This document shows, one piece after another, positions 48,555-59,354 of a stretch of 64,000 nucleotides of DNA (positions are counted from its first letter, which is position 1; every line of letters starts with the position of its first letter). The notes below the pieces were generated by a model. That model was given only the letters and a program-made list of their open reading frames with translations. It made no database searches and was not told the origin of the DNA. The position numbers were made by a program, and so were the translations under genes. The stretch comes from Nitrososphaeria archaeon (GTDB taxonomy: Archaea > Thermoproteota > Nitrososphaeria > Geothermarchaeales > JDFR-13): contig JALWXN010000004.1 of assembly GCA_027078545.1 (NCBI GenBank), positions 832,001 to 896,000 of the forward strand, in the 5' to 3' direction.

Positions 48555-48691
48555 CTAACCACCTACTTGTATATCCGGGTATCTATCTAGTATTCCCCCG
48601 GGTTACTATATATCGGCTGTAAATACCTCACGGGGGATGGGTATATACCTATACAGGGTTATCAAGCCGGATAGTCAATACTATATGGTGG

Positions 48692-49174
48692 ATGAAGGGG
48701 TACGCCGCGGTAGCAATAGTACTAAACGGCTCAGAGGTATTGATGATTAGGCGTGCCGAGAGGGACGACGATCCCTGGAGTGGAGACCTAGCCCTCCCCG
48801 GGGGTAGACATGTGGAGGAGGATAGGGACATGCTCGACACGGCTATCAGGGAGCTATGGGAGGAGGCCGGAGTATCCATAGGGAGGGGCGATACCGAGCC
48901 GATCACCCTGGGTGTGTTCCACCCCATGTCCTACCCCGAGTATAGGGTGTATGCCATAGCCTTCATCCTCGGGAAGAAGCCGAGCACCAGGCCGGGTGAG
49001 GAGGTTACACAGGTATTCTGGCTAGACCTCGGAAACGCGAGGGAGGACACCTGCCTCAAACATGTCAGGGCGAGGGGAGTGGATCTTGAGGTTCCCTGTA
49101 TAAAGACGAGGTATGGAGATGTATGGGGACTGACGTATAGAGTCTTGAAGAGGGTTGTGAGGGACCTCCTATGA
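48692..49174 (+). CDS. Nudix hydrolase (CoA pyrophosphatase-like)
   Basis: DDPWSGDLALPGG, TAIRELWEEAGV and VWGLT. Confidence 0.9.
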   Translation: MKGYAAVAIVLNGSEVLMIRRAERDDDPWSGDLALPGGRHVEEDRDMLDTAIRELWEEAGVSIGRGDTEPITLGVFHPMSYPEYRVYAIAFILGKKPSTRPGEEVTQVFWLDLGNAREDTCLKHVRARGVDLEVPCIKTRYGDVWGLTYRVLKRVVRDLL

Positions 49175-49407
49175 AGATAGACACCCTCCTAGAGGTGATA
49201 CACCAAGTGATACGGAGGGCGGGGGCGGATAGTCCGGAGGAGGTGGAGCTATGTATAGAGGGGCTACACAACGACCTGTTGAGGGAGTTGGCTGCCAGGC
49301 TGAGGACGGCATACATCTCCAGTAGGTGTGAGGACGGGGTCTATAGGGAGGAGCTCGAGATAAGTGGGCAGAGAATAGTCGTGGGTGTCAGGAGGCTGGA
49401 GATATAA
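49171..49407 (+). CDS. Small hypothetical protein
   Basis: ATGA overlap with the Nudix gene; typical codon usage. Confidence 0.55.
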   Translation: MKIDTLLEVIHQVIRRAGADSPEEVELCIEGLHNDLLRELAARLRTAYISSRCEDGVYREELEISGQRIVVGVRRLEI

Positions 49408-49424
49408 AGAGTAGGGGGTGGAGG

Positions 49425-52400
49425 CTACCTCCTCATCCTCCTAAGCAGTATGAGGAGGCCTACGGCCACGAGGGCTATGGCTATGATGTAAACCATGAGT
49501 GTAAGGTTGTTCTGACCCTCGATGGTGACCTCCTCCGATAGGAAACCGTCTACACTGACCTGTAGAGTCTCGCTGTATGACACTGATACAGTGGGTATGG
49601 TCACCCTGTAGACACCTCCCTCAACGATGGCGCCATCGACGCTTAGGGACTCGACCGGCTCTCCAAGGACGCGGTAGCTAGCCCTTATCTCATAGGTAAC
49701 GCTGAAGAGATCCTCAGAGACCTTCACAACCTCGAGGTCGACAGTGTCGAAGACAACCTCTATAGGCTCCGATACATAGGCATCTACGTTGTAGACGTTA
49801 TCAGCTATGCTGGTGACGCTGTAGGACACCCTTCCAGGCGTGGCCGTATCGCCGTCAGGCTCTATAACAACCTCGCCGTTGAAGCTCCTACCATCACTCT
49901 CATAGTATGCCGTGTAGCTTATCCCTGGATCACCCCCGACTGGTAGGTGGGTCTCCTCCGCACTCAGCTCCACGACCACCCTGTCGAAGACGATGGTTAT
50001 CGGGGTGCCGTCGACCGTGGCGGTCAGGCCTGGCGTGAAGACTAGTAGGCCAGAGTCGTCCCTAACCATTGATACACTGATCGATACTAAACCTATATCA
50101 TCCATCGAGACCTGGTAGACCGCCCTATATACCCCATCCTCCATAGCCAGTGCCAGCTCCACATCCTCCCCATCAACGTCTAGGATTATGACCGGGTTCT
50201 CCCCCAGCATCCCCATGGGCTCCGAGACCACTACCACCTCGATCGTCACAGTCTCCCCTACAGAGACCCTAGCCTCGCCATCCACCACCCTGAGCCAGTC
50301 AGGAGTGTTGACCTCTATAGAGACGCCTATGAAGACTATAGATATCGGCTCTGGAAGTGCTACTTCCTCGATGTCTATGTATGGATTCAGTATCTCCACG
50401 TCATCCACCGAGATAGATACCTCGCCTGGGGAGCTGCTCGAGATGTTGAGCATGACAACTCCGTCCTGAGCCTCGTACCACTCGCCGTTAACCATGATCC
50501 TTGCAGGGCCTATCGGCGACATGTTGCTGGCCAGCCTGAGAGCCACCTCCACCACTACAGTGTCGCCCACAGCCGCCCTGTCCTGCGAAGCCTCCATAGT
50601 TACAGTCAATCCAGTGTAGAGTATCCTCCTAGTTATCTTTATAGGCTCGGTGAAGGATGATGGCCCAGTATACACATCTACCCTGGTGCCATTGGTGATC
50701 AGTAGGATGTCCGAGTCCAAGACCCACTCACCACTACTCATTTCCATGGGGAGTGTCAGTAGGTCGAACCCGGCTATGCTTACAGTGACTCCGAAGCCCT
50801 CAACCGGTGTGGCGTAGACCAGCCTCGGATCCTTACCCTCATCCATGATTACGGGCCTGACATCCACCTCCAGGCCAGTAGCCAACGGATCCTCAAGGGA
50901 GAGCACCACCACGTCCTCATAGCTAGACTCATGGATGTTTCCATAGGAGTCCTCGGCAATGATCGATATGGATAGGCTGTCACCCATCACGGGTATCTCC
51001 ACCCTGTGTAGAAGCGCCAAGCCTGGGGGTGAGAAGAGTGTCCTGTCCACACCCACCTGCTCTATCTGCGCCCTCCTCGGGGTGGAGCCGTCCCAGCTAT
51101 ACAGGAACTCTAGGTTCTCCAGCCGGGAGGCCTCTGAGACCGTGAAGAGGATCTCGACCTTGTCGTCCAGGACCTCACTCTCCATCCTCAGTATGATGGG
51201 TGGCTCACGGTCAATCTCACCGGTCTTGAATACTGAGCGTCCCTCGATCTTTGTGAAGAGTAGATACTCATCATTCACCATCTCATACTCAACCTCATAG
51301 ATCGGCCCTGTCCTCAGGTTCCTGAAGCTAAGCAGTGGTATCCCGGAGTCCTTACCCCTCTCCAATACCTCGCCATCAGCCTTGAGTACATACTGAACGT
51401 CATAGTCGCCTGCTATGACGAAGGGGGTATAGCTAGACATCACGTATATGGAGAGGTTAGTCCTAAGCGTGAAGTCCGGCATTATAAGGGTACGCTCCCT
51501 ATTATAGACGAAGTATGGAGTCCTGCCAGGCTTAAACACCTTGTTAGCCGTCTCCTGGAAGAGGACGTCGAGACTAGTTATCCTAAAGTCCTCCGAGACT
51601 GTGAGGAAGTATTTGAACTCAGTGTCGAAGGTCTCCACGTCAGCTGTGAACCTAACATTGTAAAGACCACCCTGGAACATGGGGGCCACTACTAGGAATG
51701 TGAACTGCTGGCCAGGCGGGAAGACGGCGAACCCACCAAACACCGACTCGTTAGCTCTCTGAAAGCCGGTGTCCAGCCTGTTCTGGAAGAATGTGGGCCT
51801 CGGCAGGGAAGAGACATAGTCGCTCAGCAGCCAGGACGCGGAGGCGTATGTTGTTGTGTATCTCAGCCTCTCCGTATAGTTCCAGTCCCCTAGGATTGGG
51901 GGCCTCCTGATATACTGGCCGTTGAAGAAGAACTCCCTAGGGAGGCTATAGCCGTAGTACATGTAGTAGTCAGCCGAGATGTTCCATAAGCCATAGAGGT
52001 AGAGGCTTAGAGGCTCATCCGAGGGGCTGTAAAACGTTATTATATGGCCCATGGGGACGTAGGACGTCCCAATACCCTGCGGCTGTAGACTGGTGGTTGG
52101 ATACTCCTCCACATCCACTGTCAGGGTTATGTCATTATCAACCGTGATGTTCTCGGAGTAGACGAATATTGGCCCCTCGATCAGGTCTTCAGACATGAAT
52201 GTATTGGCTGAGACGCCTACGAAGGTATAATCGCCTGGTGGAAGGTCGAACCATAACACGTAGCTAGTCCCCTCGTCATCTATGGAGCCGCCAGTCGGGA
52301 GTAGCCAGTCCTTATCCACAGGGTTGTAGGTAGCAAATAACGTGAAGAATACCTCTCCATTAAGCGTCGAGTTTAGGGTTACCTTGTAGAGCCAGTAGAC

Positions 52401-54104
52401 GCTGAACATTATCTGGTATCTCTCACCAAGGTCGTCACGAAGCTTGATGATACCCATGTAGACGTCTGGAGGGACAGTGTCGGAGATGAACACCTCTATG
52501 GTTCCATGGGTCTCATTGTCCTGTACGTAGAAGGCCGTCACCATCTGTATATCGGGGCCAGTACCATACAGCCTGGCCCAGTCAACACCGAGGACCTGTA
52601 GCCTAGACGCGTCACCAAGCGTATAGACGGTGATGTTTAGATGCCTTATACCCGTCCTTGCATTGACCGATATGCTGGGCATCGTGATTATGAACGAGGC
52701 ATTTATAGCATCAACAGCGTCTACAAGGCCGGCTCCATAGGAAAAGACGTCCGGCTCAATAGGGTCAGCAGTCGTAACTATAAGACTCTTGATCTCGAGT
52801 GGGGATAGGTTTGGCCTTGCCTGCTTAATAAGGGCCACTACCCCCGCCACGTGGGGTGTAGCCATGCTCGTCCCACTGAGGGCTATGTAGCTACCCCCGT
52901 CACCCTGTATGGCAGAGTCGCCAGCCATCTCCTCTAGGAGGCTTCCCTTGGCTAGTGGTGCTATGATATTGACCCCTGGGGCCAGGACATCGGGCTTTAC
53001 ACGTAGATCTCCAGTGGGTCCACGGCTACTGAAGTCCACCAATGTACCGTTCTTGAAGGTGGCTCCAACCGTAATCGCCTTCCTGGCGACGGCGGGGCTC
53101 CCTAGGGATGAGTATGAAGGCCCATCGTTACCAGCGGCAACCACCACCACTACACCGTTGTCTACAGCCCAGTCAACAGCCATGCTTAGAGGGTCTGTAC
53201 CGTCGCCGTTGAGGCCACCGCCTAGGCTCATGTTTATCACGTCGGCCCCGTTCTCCACAGCCTCCTCTATACCAGCTATGATCCAGCTCACCAGGCCGAA
53301 GCCCTCACTAGATATCACCTTGATATTCATTAGCAGGGCGCCTGGAGCCACACCAGTGAATTCACCATCACTGGCAGCCCCTGTACCAGCAGCTATACCA
53401 GCCACGTGTGTACCATGCCCATGTAGATCCTCAGGCCCCTCCTCAGGCACCATCGAAACGCTATAGACTATCTTCGATGTGCCATTGGGGAAGAAGAAGT
53501 CTGGATGGGTGGGGTCTATACCCGTGTCTAGGATGGCTATCTTCACCCCGCTCCCATCTATATTGATGCCCAGCCTATTAGAGATCGTCTCGAGCCTATC
53601 CCTATCCACAATCAGGCCCACACTCTCATTCAGGCTTATCCTGATCTTGATGTCCGGAGCGAGACTCGCACTGTCTACACGGCTGACAAGCTGTGGAGCC
53701 CTTGACAAGGGTATCTCTAGCGCTATGAGGGGTAGCTTTCTATATACATAGGTGACCTCACCATCCATCCTCTCGACGAGCCTGATCAGCGAGACCTTCT
53801 CCAGGGGGTCTTGATACCTAGCTATAAACCTGAGCTCTATACGGTCCAGGGCCTCTGGGCCGAGGCTATAGATCCTCCTCCCATCCACATCGAGGCCATC
53901 AATATCCGATAATGGGTAGAGAAGCGTCGGCGTTAGCATCAGGTATGGCTCGCCACCTACACCTATGACGGCCAGGTTCCTACCACTATCCGTGACCAGG
54001 ATCCCTATACTGCTGTATCCACCCTGGCTCACCGAGGATCCAATAACGAGGACTAGGAGTGCCACTAGGAGGACTGGTCTCGACTCTCCCTTAGGAATAG
54101 CCAT
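49425..54104 (-). CDS. Large surface-anchored subtilisin-like (S8) serine protease
   Basis: ILDTGID, HGTHVAG, AAGNDG and SGTSMATPHVAG; signal peptide; long beta-rich stalk; C-terminal TM and RRMRR. Confidence 0.95.
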   Translation of the reverse strand: MAIPKGESRPVLLVALLVLVIGSSVSQGGYSSIGILVTDSGRNLAVIGVGGEPYLMLTPTLLYPLSDIDGLDVDGRRIYSLGPEALDRIELRFIARYQDPLEKVSLIRLVERMDGEVTYVYRKLPLIALEIPLSRAPQLVSRVDSASLAPDIKIRISLNESVGLIVDRDRLETISNRLGINIDGSGVKIAILDTGIDPTHPDFFFPNGTSKIVYSVSMVPEEGPEDLHGHGTHVAGIAAGTGAASDGEFTGVAPGALLMNIKVISSEGFGLVSWIIAGIEEAVENGADVINMSLGGGLNGDGTDPLSMAVDWAVDNGVVVVVAAGNDGPSYSSLGSPAVARKAITVGATFKNGTLVDFSSRGPTGDLRVKPDVLAPGVNIIAPLAKGSLLEEMAGDSAIQGDGGSYIALSGTSMATPHVAGVVALIKQARPNLSPLEIKSLIVTTADPIEPDVFSYGAGLVDAVDAINASFIITMPSISVNARTGIRHLNITVYTLGDASRLQVLGVDWARLYGTGPDIQMVTAFYVQDNETHGTIEVFISDTVPPDVYMGIIKLRDDLGERYQIMFSVYWLYKVTLNSTLNGEVFFTLFATYNPVDKDWLLPTGGSIDDEGTSYVLWFDLPPGDYTFVGVSANTFMSEDLIEGPIFVYSENITVDNDITLTVDVEEYPTTSLQPQGIGTSYVPMGHIITFYSPSDEPLSLYLYGLWNISADYYMYYGYSLPREFFFNGQYIRRPPILGDWNYTERLRYTTTYASASWLLSDYVSSLPRPTFFQNRLDTGFQRANESVFGGFAVFPPGQQFTFLVVAPMFQGGLYNVRFTADVETFDTEFKYFLTVSEDFRITSLDVLFQETANKVFKPGRTPYFVYNRERTLIMPDFTLRTNLSIYVMSSYTPFVIAGDYDVQYVLKADGEVLERGKDSGIPLLSFRNLRTGPIYEVEYEMVNDEYLLFTKIEGRSVFKTGEIDREPPIILRMESEVLDDKVEILFTVSEASRLENLEFLYSWDGSTPRRAQIEQVGVDRTLFSPPGLALLHRVEIPVMGDSLSISIIAEDSYGNIHESSYEDVVVLSLEDPLATGLEVDVRPVIMDEGKDPRLVYATPVEGFGVTVSIAGFDLLTLPMEMSSGEWVLDSDILLITNGTRVDVYTGPSSFTEPIKITRRILYTGLTVTMEASQDRAAVGDTVVVEVALRLASNMSPIGPARIMVNGEWYEAQDGVVMLNISSSSPGEVSISVDDVEILNPYIDIEEVALPEPISIVFIGVSIEVNTPDWLRVVDGEARVSVGETVTIEVVVVSEPMGMLGENPVIILDVDGEDVELALAMEDGVYRAVYQVSMDDIGLVSISVSMVRDDSGLLVFTPGLTATVDGTPITIVFDRVVVELSAEETHLPVGGDPGISYTAYYESDGRSFNGEVVIEPDGDTATPGRVSYSVTSIADNVYNVDAYVSEPIEVVFDTVDLEVVKVSEDLFSVTYEIRASYRVLGEPVESLSVDGAIVEGGVYRVTIPTVSVSYSETLQVSVDGFLSEEVTIEGQNNLTLMVYIIAIALVAVGLLILLRRMRR

Positions 54105-54180
54105 ATCTTCACCTCTTGTATAAGGATAATTAAATAGGTATTTCGGGGGCCACCCCTATAAAACCATTGGTCGGGGTGGA

Positions 54181-54909
54181 CTACCTAGTTATACCGAGGT
54201 AGAGCCTAGAGAACTCGGGGTGCTCCAGGAGCTCCTTCGGGTCTCCACTATACCTTATCTCGCCACTTACGAGTAGGTAGGCATAGTCGCCTATCTCGAG
54301 TGCCTGCTTAGCGTTCTGCTCCACAAGGAGTATGGTCAGGCCAAGCTCATCCCTAAGCTCCACAACCTTCCTCATCATCATCTTGACTAGTAGGGGCGCC
54401 AGGTCGGTGGACATCTCGTCCAGCATGAGTAGCTTAGGCCTCCTCATAAGGGCCATAGCGATGGCAAGCATTCTACGCTCACCACCGCTGAGCGTGCCGG
54501 CCTTCCTATCCATGAATTCCCTAAGCCTTGGGAAGAGCTGGACAACCTCTTCTATCCTACTATCCACCTCATCCTTTGGAAGAAGGTATCCACCGAGGAC
54601 AAGGTTATCCCGCACCGTTAGGCTTGCAACCACATTCTTCATCTGGAGTAGGTATGAGATCCCCATCTGGGCTATCTTGTGTGGAGGGACACCGACTATC
54701 TCCTGCCCGTTAAATTTTATCGAGCCTTTATAGATCGTTGTGAGCCCAGCTATACTGTTGAGGAGAGTCGTCTTACCAGCCCCGTTGGGGCCGACCACCA
54801 CCGTTATACTCCCCTCCTCAACCTCCATGTTGACGTCGAAGAGGACCTTGAGCGGACCATACCCAGCCGATAGATCTTTGACGATAAGTGTCTTGGGCAT
54901 ACCCATCAC
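54181..54909 (-). CDS. livF: Branched-chain amino acid ABC ATPase (LivF-like)
   Basis: GPNGAGKTT, AGTLSGGERRM and LLVEQN. Confidence 0.92.
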   Translation of the reverse strand: MMGMPKTLIVKDLSAGYGPLKVLFDVNMEVEEGSITVVVGPNGAGKTTLLNSIAGLTTIYKGSIKFNGQEIVGVPPHKIAQMGISYLLQMKNVVASLTVRDNLVLGGYLLPKDEVDSRIEEVVQLFPRLREFMDRKAGTLSGGERRMLAIAMALMRRPKLLMLDEMSTDLAPLLVKMMMRKVVELRDELGLTILLVEQNAKQALEIGDYAYLLVSGEIRYSGDPKELLEHPEFSRLYLGITR

Positions 54910-55700
54910 TCCCCGATATAGACCTCTATGACCTTCGGGTTGTTGGCCACCTCGTCGGGCAGTCCCTCGGCAATAACGGTTCCACGGTCCATGACGTAGA
55001 CATAGTCTGCGAATGGGAGGGCTATATCGATCCTATGCTCTATGAGGAGGAAGGAGACGTCCCACTTCTGTAGGAGGCCCCTGATGTAGGAGAGTATCTC
55101 ATTTGCATACTTCGGGTCGGTACCGCCTATAGGCTCGTCCAGAGCTATCAGCTTCGCATTGGTAGCTAATGCCCTAGCCACTTCCAACATCTTTAGCTGA
55201 CCAGCGCCCAGGGAGGATGCTGGCATATCCCACTTCTCCTCTAGGCCGACGCTCCTAAGTATCTCGAAGGCCCTCTTTACATTCGCCTCCTCCTCATTTA
55301 TCCATAAAGGCCTGATCGGAGCCTTCAGGGGGTTCTCACCACTATTCTTGAGCGCAACCAAGACGTTGTCCAGGACGGTCAGCCCTATGAAGGGCTCCGG
55401 GATCTGGAAGGTTCTCACAAAACCCACCCTATATACCTCGTGGGGCTTCCACCCTGTGATATCAATCCCGTTATAGAATATCCTTCCACCATCAGGCTTC
55501 AATACACCTGTACATACATTTACGAATGTAGATTTACCCGCCCCATTAGGACCCATCAACATGGTTATCTTGTTCCTAGCCACCTTCATAGACACATTGT
55601 TAACTGCTACGAGGCCGCCAAACCTCTTAACCACGTTAAACGTCTCCAGAATATACCTATTAGGATCAAGTGTATAGGTCTCAGCAGTATCCTGCAGCAT
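54906..55700 (-). CDS. livG: Branched-chain amino acid ABC ATPase (LivG-like)
   Basis: KRFGGLVAV, RTFQI, LIEH and VIEVYIG. Confidence 0.92.
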   Translation of the reverse strand: MLQDTAETYTLDPNRYILETFNVVKRFGGLVAVNNVSMKVARNKITMLMGPNGAGKSTFVNVCTGVLKPDGGRIFYNGIDITGWKPHEVYRVGFVRTFQIPEPFIGLTVLDNVLVALKNSGENPLKAPIRPLWINEEEANVKRAFEILRSVGLEEKWDMPASSLGAGQLKMLEVARALATNAKLIALDEPIGGTDPKYANEILSYIRGLLQKWDVSFLLIEHRIDIALPFADYVYVMDRGTVIAEGLPDEVANNPKVIEVYIGE

Positions 55701-55827
55701 AAATAAGAAATTCGGGTCTAGACGGTTAAAAAGGTATTCAGAGCAGTAGAGAACTAGGGAAGGATTACTATAGACCTAGGAATAGATGGCTAATTAAATA
55801 AAAAGTGAATGTTTAGGGTTAGGCGGT

Positions 55828-57144
55828 CTAAGACCTTGCCAGCCACCAGTCCTCCCAGACGATCTGACCTGTTGTGAATAGCCACTTACCAGCTCTCTTC
55901 CAAGTGGCCTGACCATCCTCAATCACTGGCACGTATATGTCGTAGTCGGCGTTGGCCCTATCACCATTCTCGTCTAGCTGGAAGACACCAGATGCGCCGA
56001 CCATCCTCTCGACAGTCATTGGGAGGATCTCCTTCACCTTCTCAGGATCAGCATCCTGGACATACTGGATTGAGAGTGCAATTGCCCATAGAGCGTCGTA
56101 TGAGGCGAAAGCGTAGGCGTCTGGAGTCCTACCCAGCTCCTGCTCAATATAGTTCCTTAGCTTCTCGTTGAAGGGAGACTCACCAGGTGCGAATATCGGG
56201 TTGAGGAACTCTACCGAGGCTGCAAACTCTGCTACTGTGGCGTCAGCCACTATATCTCCCAGTAGGGCAGAACCATCGCTACCAATCCACTTTACCTGTG
56301 AAAGGACGTCATAGCCAGAAGCGGCTGAGAAGACTGCCGCAACCTCCCTGAAACCTAGAAGTGCTACTCCTACCTTGTCAGCACCGAACTGGTTTACTAG
56401 CTGGGACACAGTGTCAGCCAGTGTGGCGACCTCAGATGTGAACTCCTCCTGGTCAGGGTTGTACCTTGGACCCTCGTGTACCATGATGCCCTTCTCCTGA
56501 GCACTCTCAGCCATGGACTCCTTTAGACCGTCACCCCAAGTGTCGCCACGCCACATGATGACCAGGTGCTCGATGCCCTGCTCAAATGCTATCTGAGCGG
56601 CTGCTGGACCCTGAAGAAGATCTGTTGGACAGAACCTGAATATGTAGTCATTCGGGATTGCCAGTGCTGGAGAGGTGGATGACGGTGATATTACCAGGAT
56701 CTTGTTGTTAGTGGCGAACTCCCTGATCTCCTTCACCTCACCGCTGGACATCGGTCCTATGACGAACTTGATACCCTGGGCGTTGAACGTCTGTATCTTG
56801 GATAGGGCTATGTCAGGCTTGACCTGTGTATCCTCCACCCTAACCTCAATCTGCCAGTCCTCACCAATGGCCTCCAGCCAGTCATTGATCTCCTCCTGTG
56901 CAAGCTCGAGGGCCTTCTGGCTATTCTCACCATATGTAGCTAGGCCGCCGCTGAGGTCTAGGAGGGCGCCCACAGTAACTGTGCCGGATACACCTACTGC
57001 TGGTGGCTGCTCACCAGGTGCCTCAGCAGGGGCCTCCTCAGCGGCTGGTGGCTGCATAGCTAGTCCGAAGGCATAGCCAAGGATGATGCCAACCACAAGG
57101 GCGACGATGATCAGCGTATAGGCTCTATTAGCGGGCATTGACAT
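55828..57144 (-). CDS. Branched-chain amino acid ABC substrate-binding protein
   Basis: N-terminal anchor; VGALLDLSG, IGPMSS, ISPSSTSPAL and GASG..LDENGDR. Confidence 0.92.
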   Translation of the reverse strand: MSMPANRAYTLIIVALVVGIILGYAFGLAMQPPAAEEAPAEAPGEQPPAVGVSGTVTVGALLDLSGGLATYGENSQKALELAQEEINDWLEAIGEDWQIEVRVEDTQVKPDIALSKIQTFNAQGIKFVIGPMSSGEVKEIREFATNNKILVISPSSTSPALAIPNDYIFRFCPTDLLQGPAAAQIAFEQGIEHLVIMWRGDTWGDGLKESMAESAQEKGIMVHEGPRYNPDQEEFTSEVATLADTVSQLVNQFGADKVGVALLGFREVAAVFSAASGYDVLSQVKWIGSDGSALLGDIVADATVAEFAASVEFLNPIFAPGESPFNEKLRNYIEQELGRTPDAYAFASYDALWAIALSIQYVQDADPEKVKEILPMTVERMVGASGVFQLDENGDRANADYDIYVPVIEDGQATWKRAGKWLFTTGQIVWEDWWLARS

Positions 57145-57300
57145 ACACGCTACACCCCCTTAAATAGGGCTTAATATTAATGTAGCCCCCTCGATTTATA
57201 AAGAAAAATTCGTTGAAGCCTTCCCCGGGGAGAGTCCAATATATATCCCGACCGTCTTTATTCTCTATTCTAAAATACAGCATTTACACGGTGAGGCGCA

Positions 57301-58239
57301 GTGTTAGAGGTTATACTCACGGCCCTCGTCATCTCTGCAGGGATAGCCCTAGCAGCTGCGGGGATCACGATCATATACATGTCGACCGAGACCTTCAACT
57401 TCGCCCACGCCTCATTCACCACGATAGGTTTCTTCGTCGTCTACAACATGCTACTAGTCTTTGGAGGCTCGCCCTACTACTACTTCGTCTTCGCAGCCAT
57501 CTTCACAGGCCTCGTAGGTGTGGCGGTATACCTAACCGTTAATAGGTGGCTCATCAAGCGTGGAGCCGACATGGTAACCCTTATGATGTCTACCCTAGGT
57601 GTGGACCTCATACTCTTTGGACTGATAAACCAGTGGGCAGACATAATCAGGGACACAATACCAGGCTCATCCCCAAGGAACTTCCTACTCAGAACCATCG
57701 ACTACCCTATCGCTGAGGTAGCAGGCACGACGATCTATGCAAGAGTACCGATATCCATAGCCATAGTAATTCTGATCATCATAGGGCTACACACATTCCT
57801 CACTAAGACAAAGTTCGGGATAGCTATGAGGACAACCATTGAGAACCCGACCCTCGCTAGGATTATGGGCGTCAACACCGAGATGGTATATCTAACCGCC
57901 TGGTTCCTAGGAGGAGCCTTGGCAGGCCTAGGCGGGGCCGTTCTCGCAATGATAGAGACGGGCTCCCCACAGGTAGGTGTAAGGTATATTGTGCCACTCT
58001 TCGCAGGATCCATCGTCGGCGGGCTATACAGCGTCTTTGGGAGCCTCCTAGGCGGCTTCCTAATAGGTCTGAGCCAGCAGATAGGGATATACGTCCTCTC
58101 GCTATGGGTAGGGACATTCATCAATGCCTACAAGCCCGTGATACCACTCGTCATCATGGTCGTGGCCCTCCTATTCTTCCCTGAGGGCCTAGGCGCACTG
58201 GCTGAGAAATATCTAGCCAGGAGGGGGGTGAAGAAGTAG
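57301..58239 (+). CDS. livH: Branched-chain amino acid ABC permease (LivH-like)
   Basis: FNFAH, TKFGIAMR...LARIMGVN and IVGG. Confidence 0.9.
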   Translation: MLEVILTALVISAGIALAAAGITIIYMSTETFNFAHASFTTIGFFVVYNMLLVFGGSPYYYFVFAAIFTGLVGVAVYLTVNRWLIKRGADMVTLMMSTLGVDLILFGLINQWADIIRDTIPGSSPRNFLLRTIDYPIAEVAGTTIYARVPISIAIVILIIIGLHTFLTKTKFGIAMRTTIENPTLARIMGVNTEMVYLTAWFLGGALAGLGGAVLAMIETGSPQVGVRYIVPLFAGSIVGGLYSVFGSLLGGFLIGLSQQIGIYVLSLWVGTFINAYKPVIPLVIMVVALLFFPEGLGALAEKYLARRGVKK

Positions 58240-59324
58240 TGGCGATAGTAATACCTCCATTCCTAATAGAGATACTACTGACCTTCGGAATATTCCTCAT
58301 AATAACGGTGAGCCTAAACTTCGAGGTTGGATACGCCGGGATACCCCAGTTCGGCCGCGTACTTACAGTTCTGGTAGGGGCGATAGTAGCGGCAGCCATA
58401 CCGGGTAGGCTCCTAGTACTTATGGCCGGGATAACAGTCGAGTTCCGTGGCGAGGAGATAGTCCCCTACGGCGCCGAGTACGCCAACCACCTCGTGAACT
58501 TCAGGCTGGTTGATCAGATAAACACCCAGATACTAGGGGTCAACCCAGGCCTATCCATAGTCATGTTCATAGTCACATTGATACTCGCAGCTATATTCGG
58601 GGCTATAATCGGGTATCTCACCAGCTACCCCGCCCTTAGGCTTAGGGAGGCATACCTAGGCATCACCCTACTAGCATTTGGAGACGCCCTACAGCTCATA
58701 GCCCTCAACTACGACCCACTAGTAGGGGCTACACAGGGAGTATTCGTACCAAACTTCTTCCTATGGGTAGGGCCTACACAGACCAGTGCGAAGATAATAG
58801 CCATACTCATAGTAGCGGCATTGATATATGTCCTTGTATACTTCTGGGTCAACAGCCCCTTCGGTAGATCCCTCAAGGCTATGAGGGATAGTGAGCAGGC
58901 GGCAGAGGTATATGGTAAGAACGTGCCACGGCTCAGGGGATACACGCTTATGATTGGTGGTGCATTAGCGGCAATCGGTGGTGCCCTATGGGTGATATAC
59001 ACTGGCTCGATGGATGCGAGGACATTCAACAGGCTCACATGGACCTTCTGGCCCTGGGCCTTCATGATGCTTGGAGGGACCGGTAGCCACAAGGGTATGC
59101 TGGTCGGCGTCTTCTTCTTCGCACTCTTCCGCTACCTCATATTCGCCTATAAAGGAGTCCTAGAGCCCTTCATACCCATCAGTATCCAGTGGCTAGAATA
59201 CATATTGATAGGCCTGATAATAGTCCTGGTATCAATGTTTAGGCCACAGGGACTCCTACCGGAGAAGCCGAGGACACTCCTACCTAAGGAGAGGGTGGAG
59301 GAGCTGGCAAAGCCCTCCGCCTAA
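58239..59324 (+). CDS. livM: Branched-chain amino acid ABC permease (LivM-like)
   Basis: LNFEVGYAG, LRLREAYLGITL, SPFGRSLKAMRD and RPQGL. Confidence 0.9.
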   Translation: MAIVIPPFLIEILLTFGIFLIITVSLNFEVGYAGIPQFGRVLTVLVGAIVAAAIPGRLLVLMAGITVEFRGEEIVPYGAEYANHLVNFRLVDQINTQILGVNPGLSIVMFIVTLILAAIFGAIIGYLTSYPALRLREAYLGITLLAFGDALQLIALNYDPLVGATQGVFVPNFFLWVGPTQTSAKIIAILIVAALIYVLVYFWVNSPFGRSLKAMRDSEQAAEVYGKNVPRLRGYTLMIGGALAAIGGALWVIYTGSMDARTFNRLTWTFWPWAFMMLGGTGSHKGMLVGVFFFALFRYLIFAYKGVLEPFIPISIQWLEYILIGLIIVLVSMFRPQGLLPEKPRTLLPKERVEELAKPSA

Positions 59325-59354
59325 CCCACACACCTATTTTTCACGGGTCTTCCT

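Noticed and set aside
47940-48590. 216-aa plus-strand ORF and the many other antisense ORFs in the track
   Set aside because: They shadow well-supported genes on the opposite strand and show no motifs.
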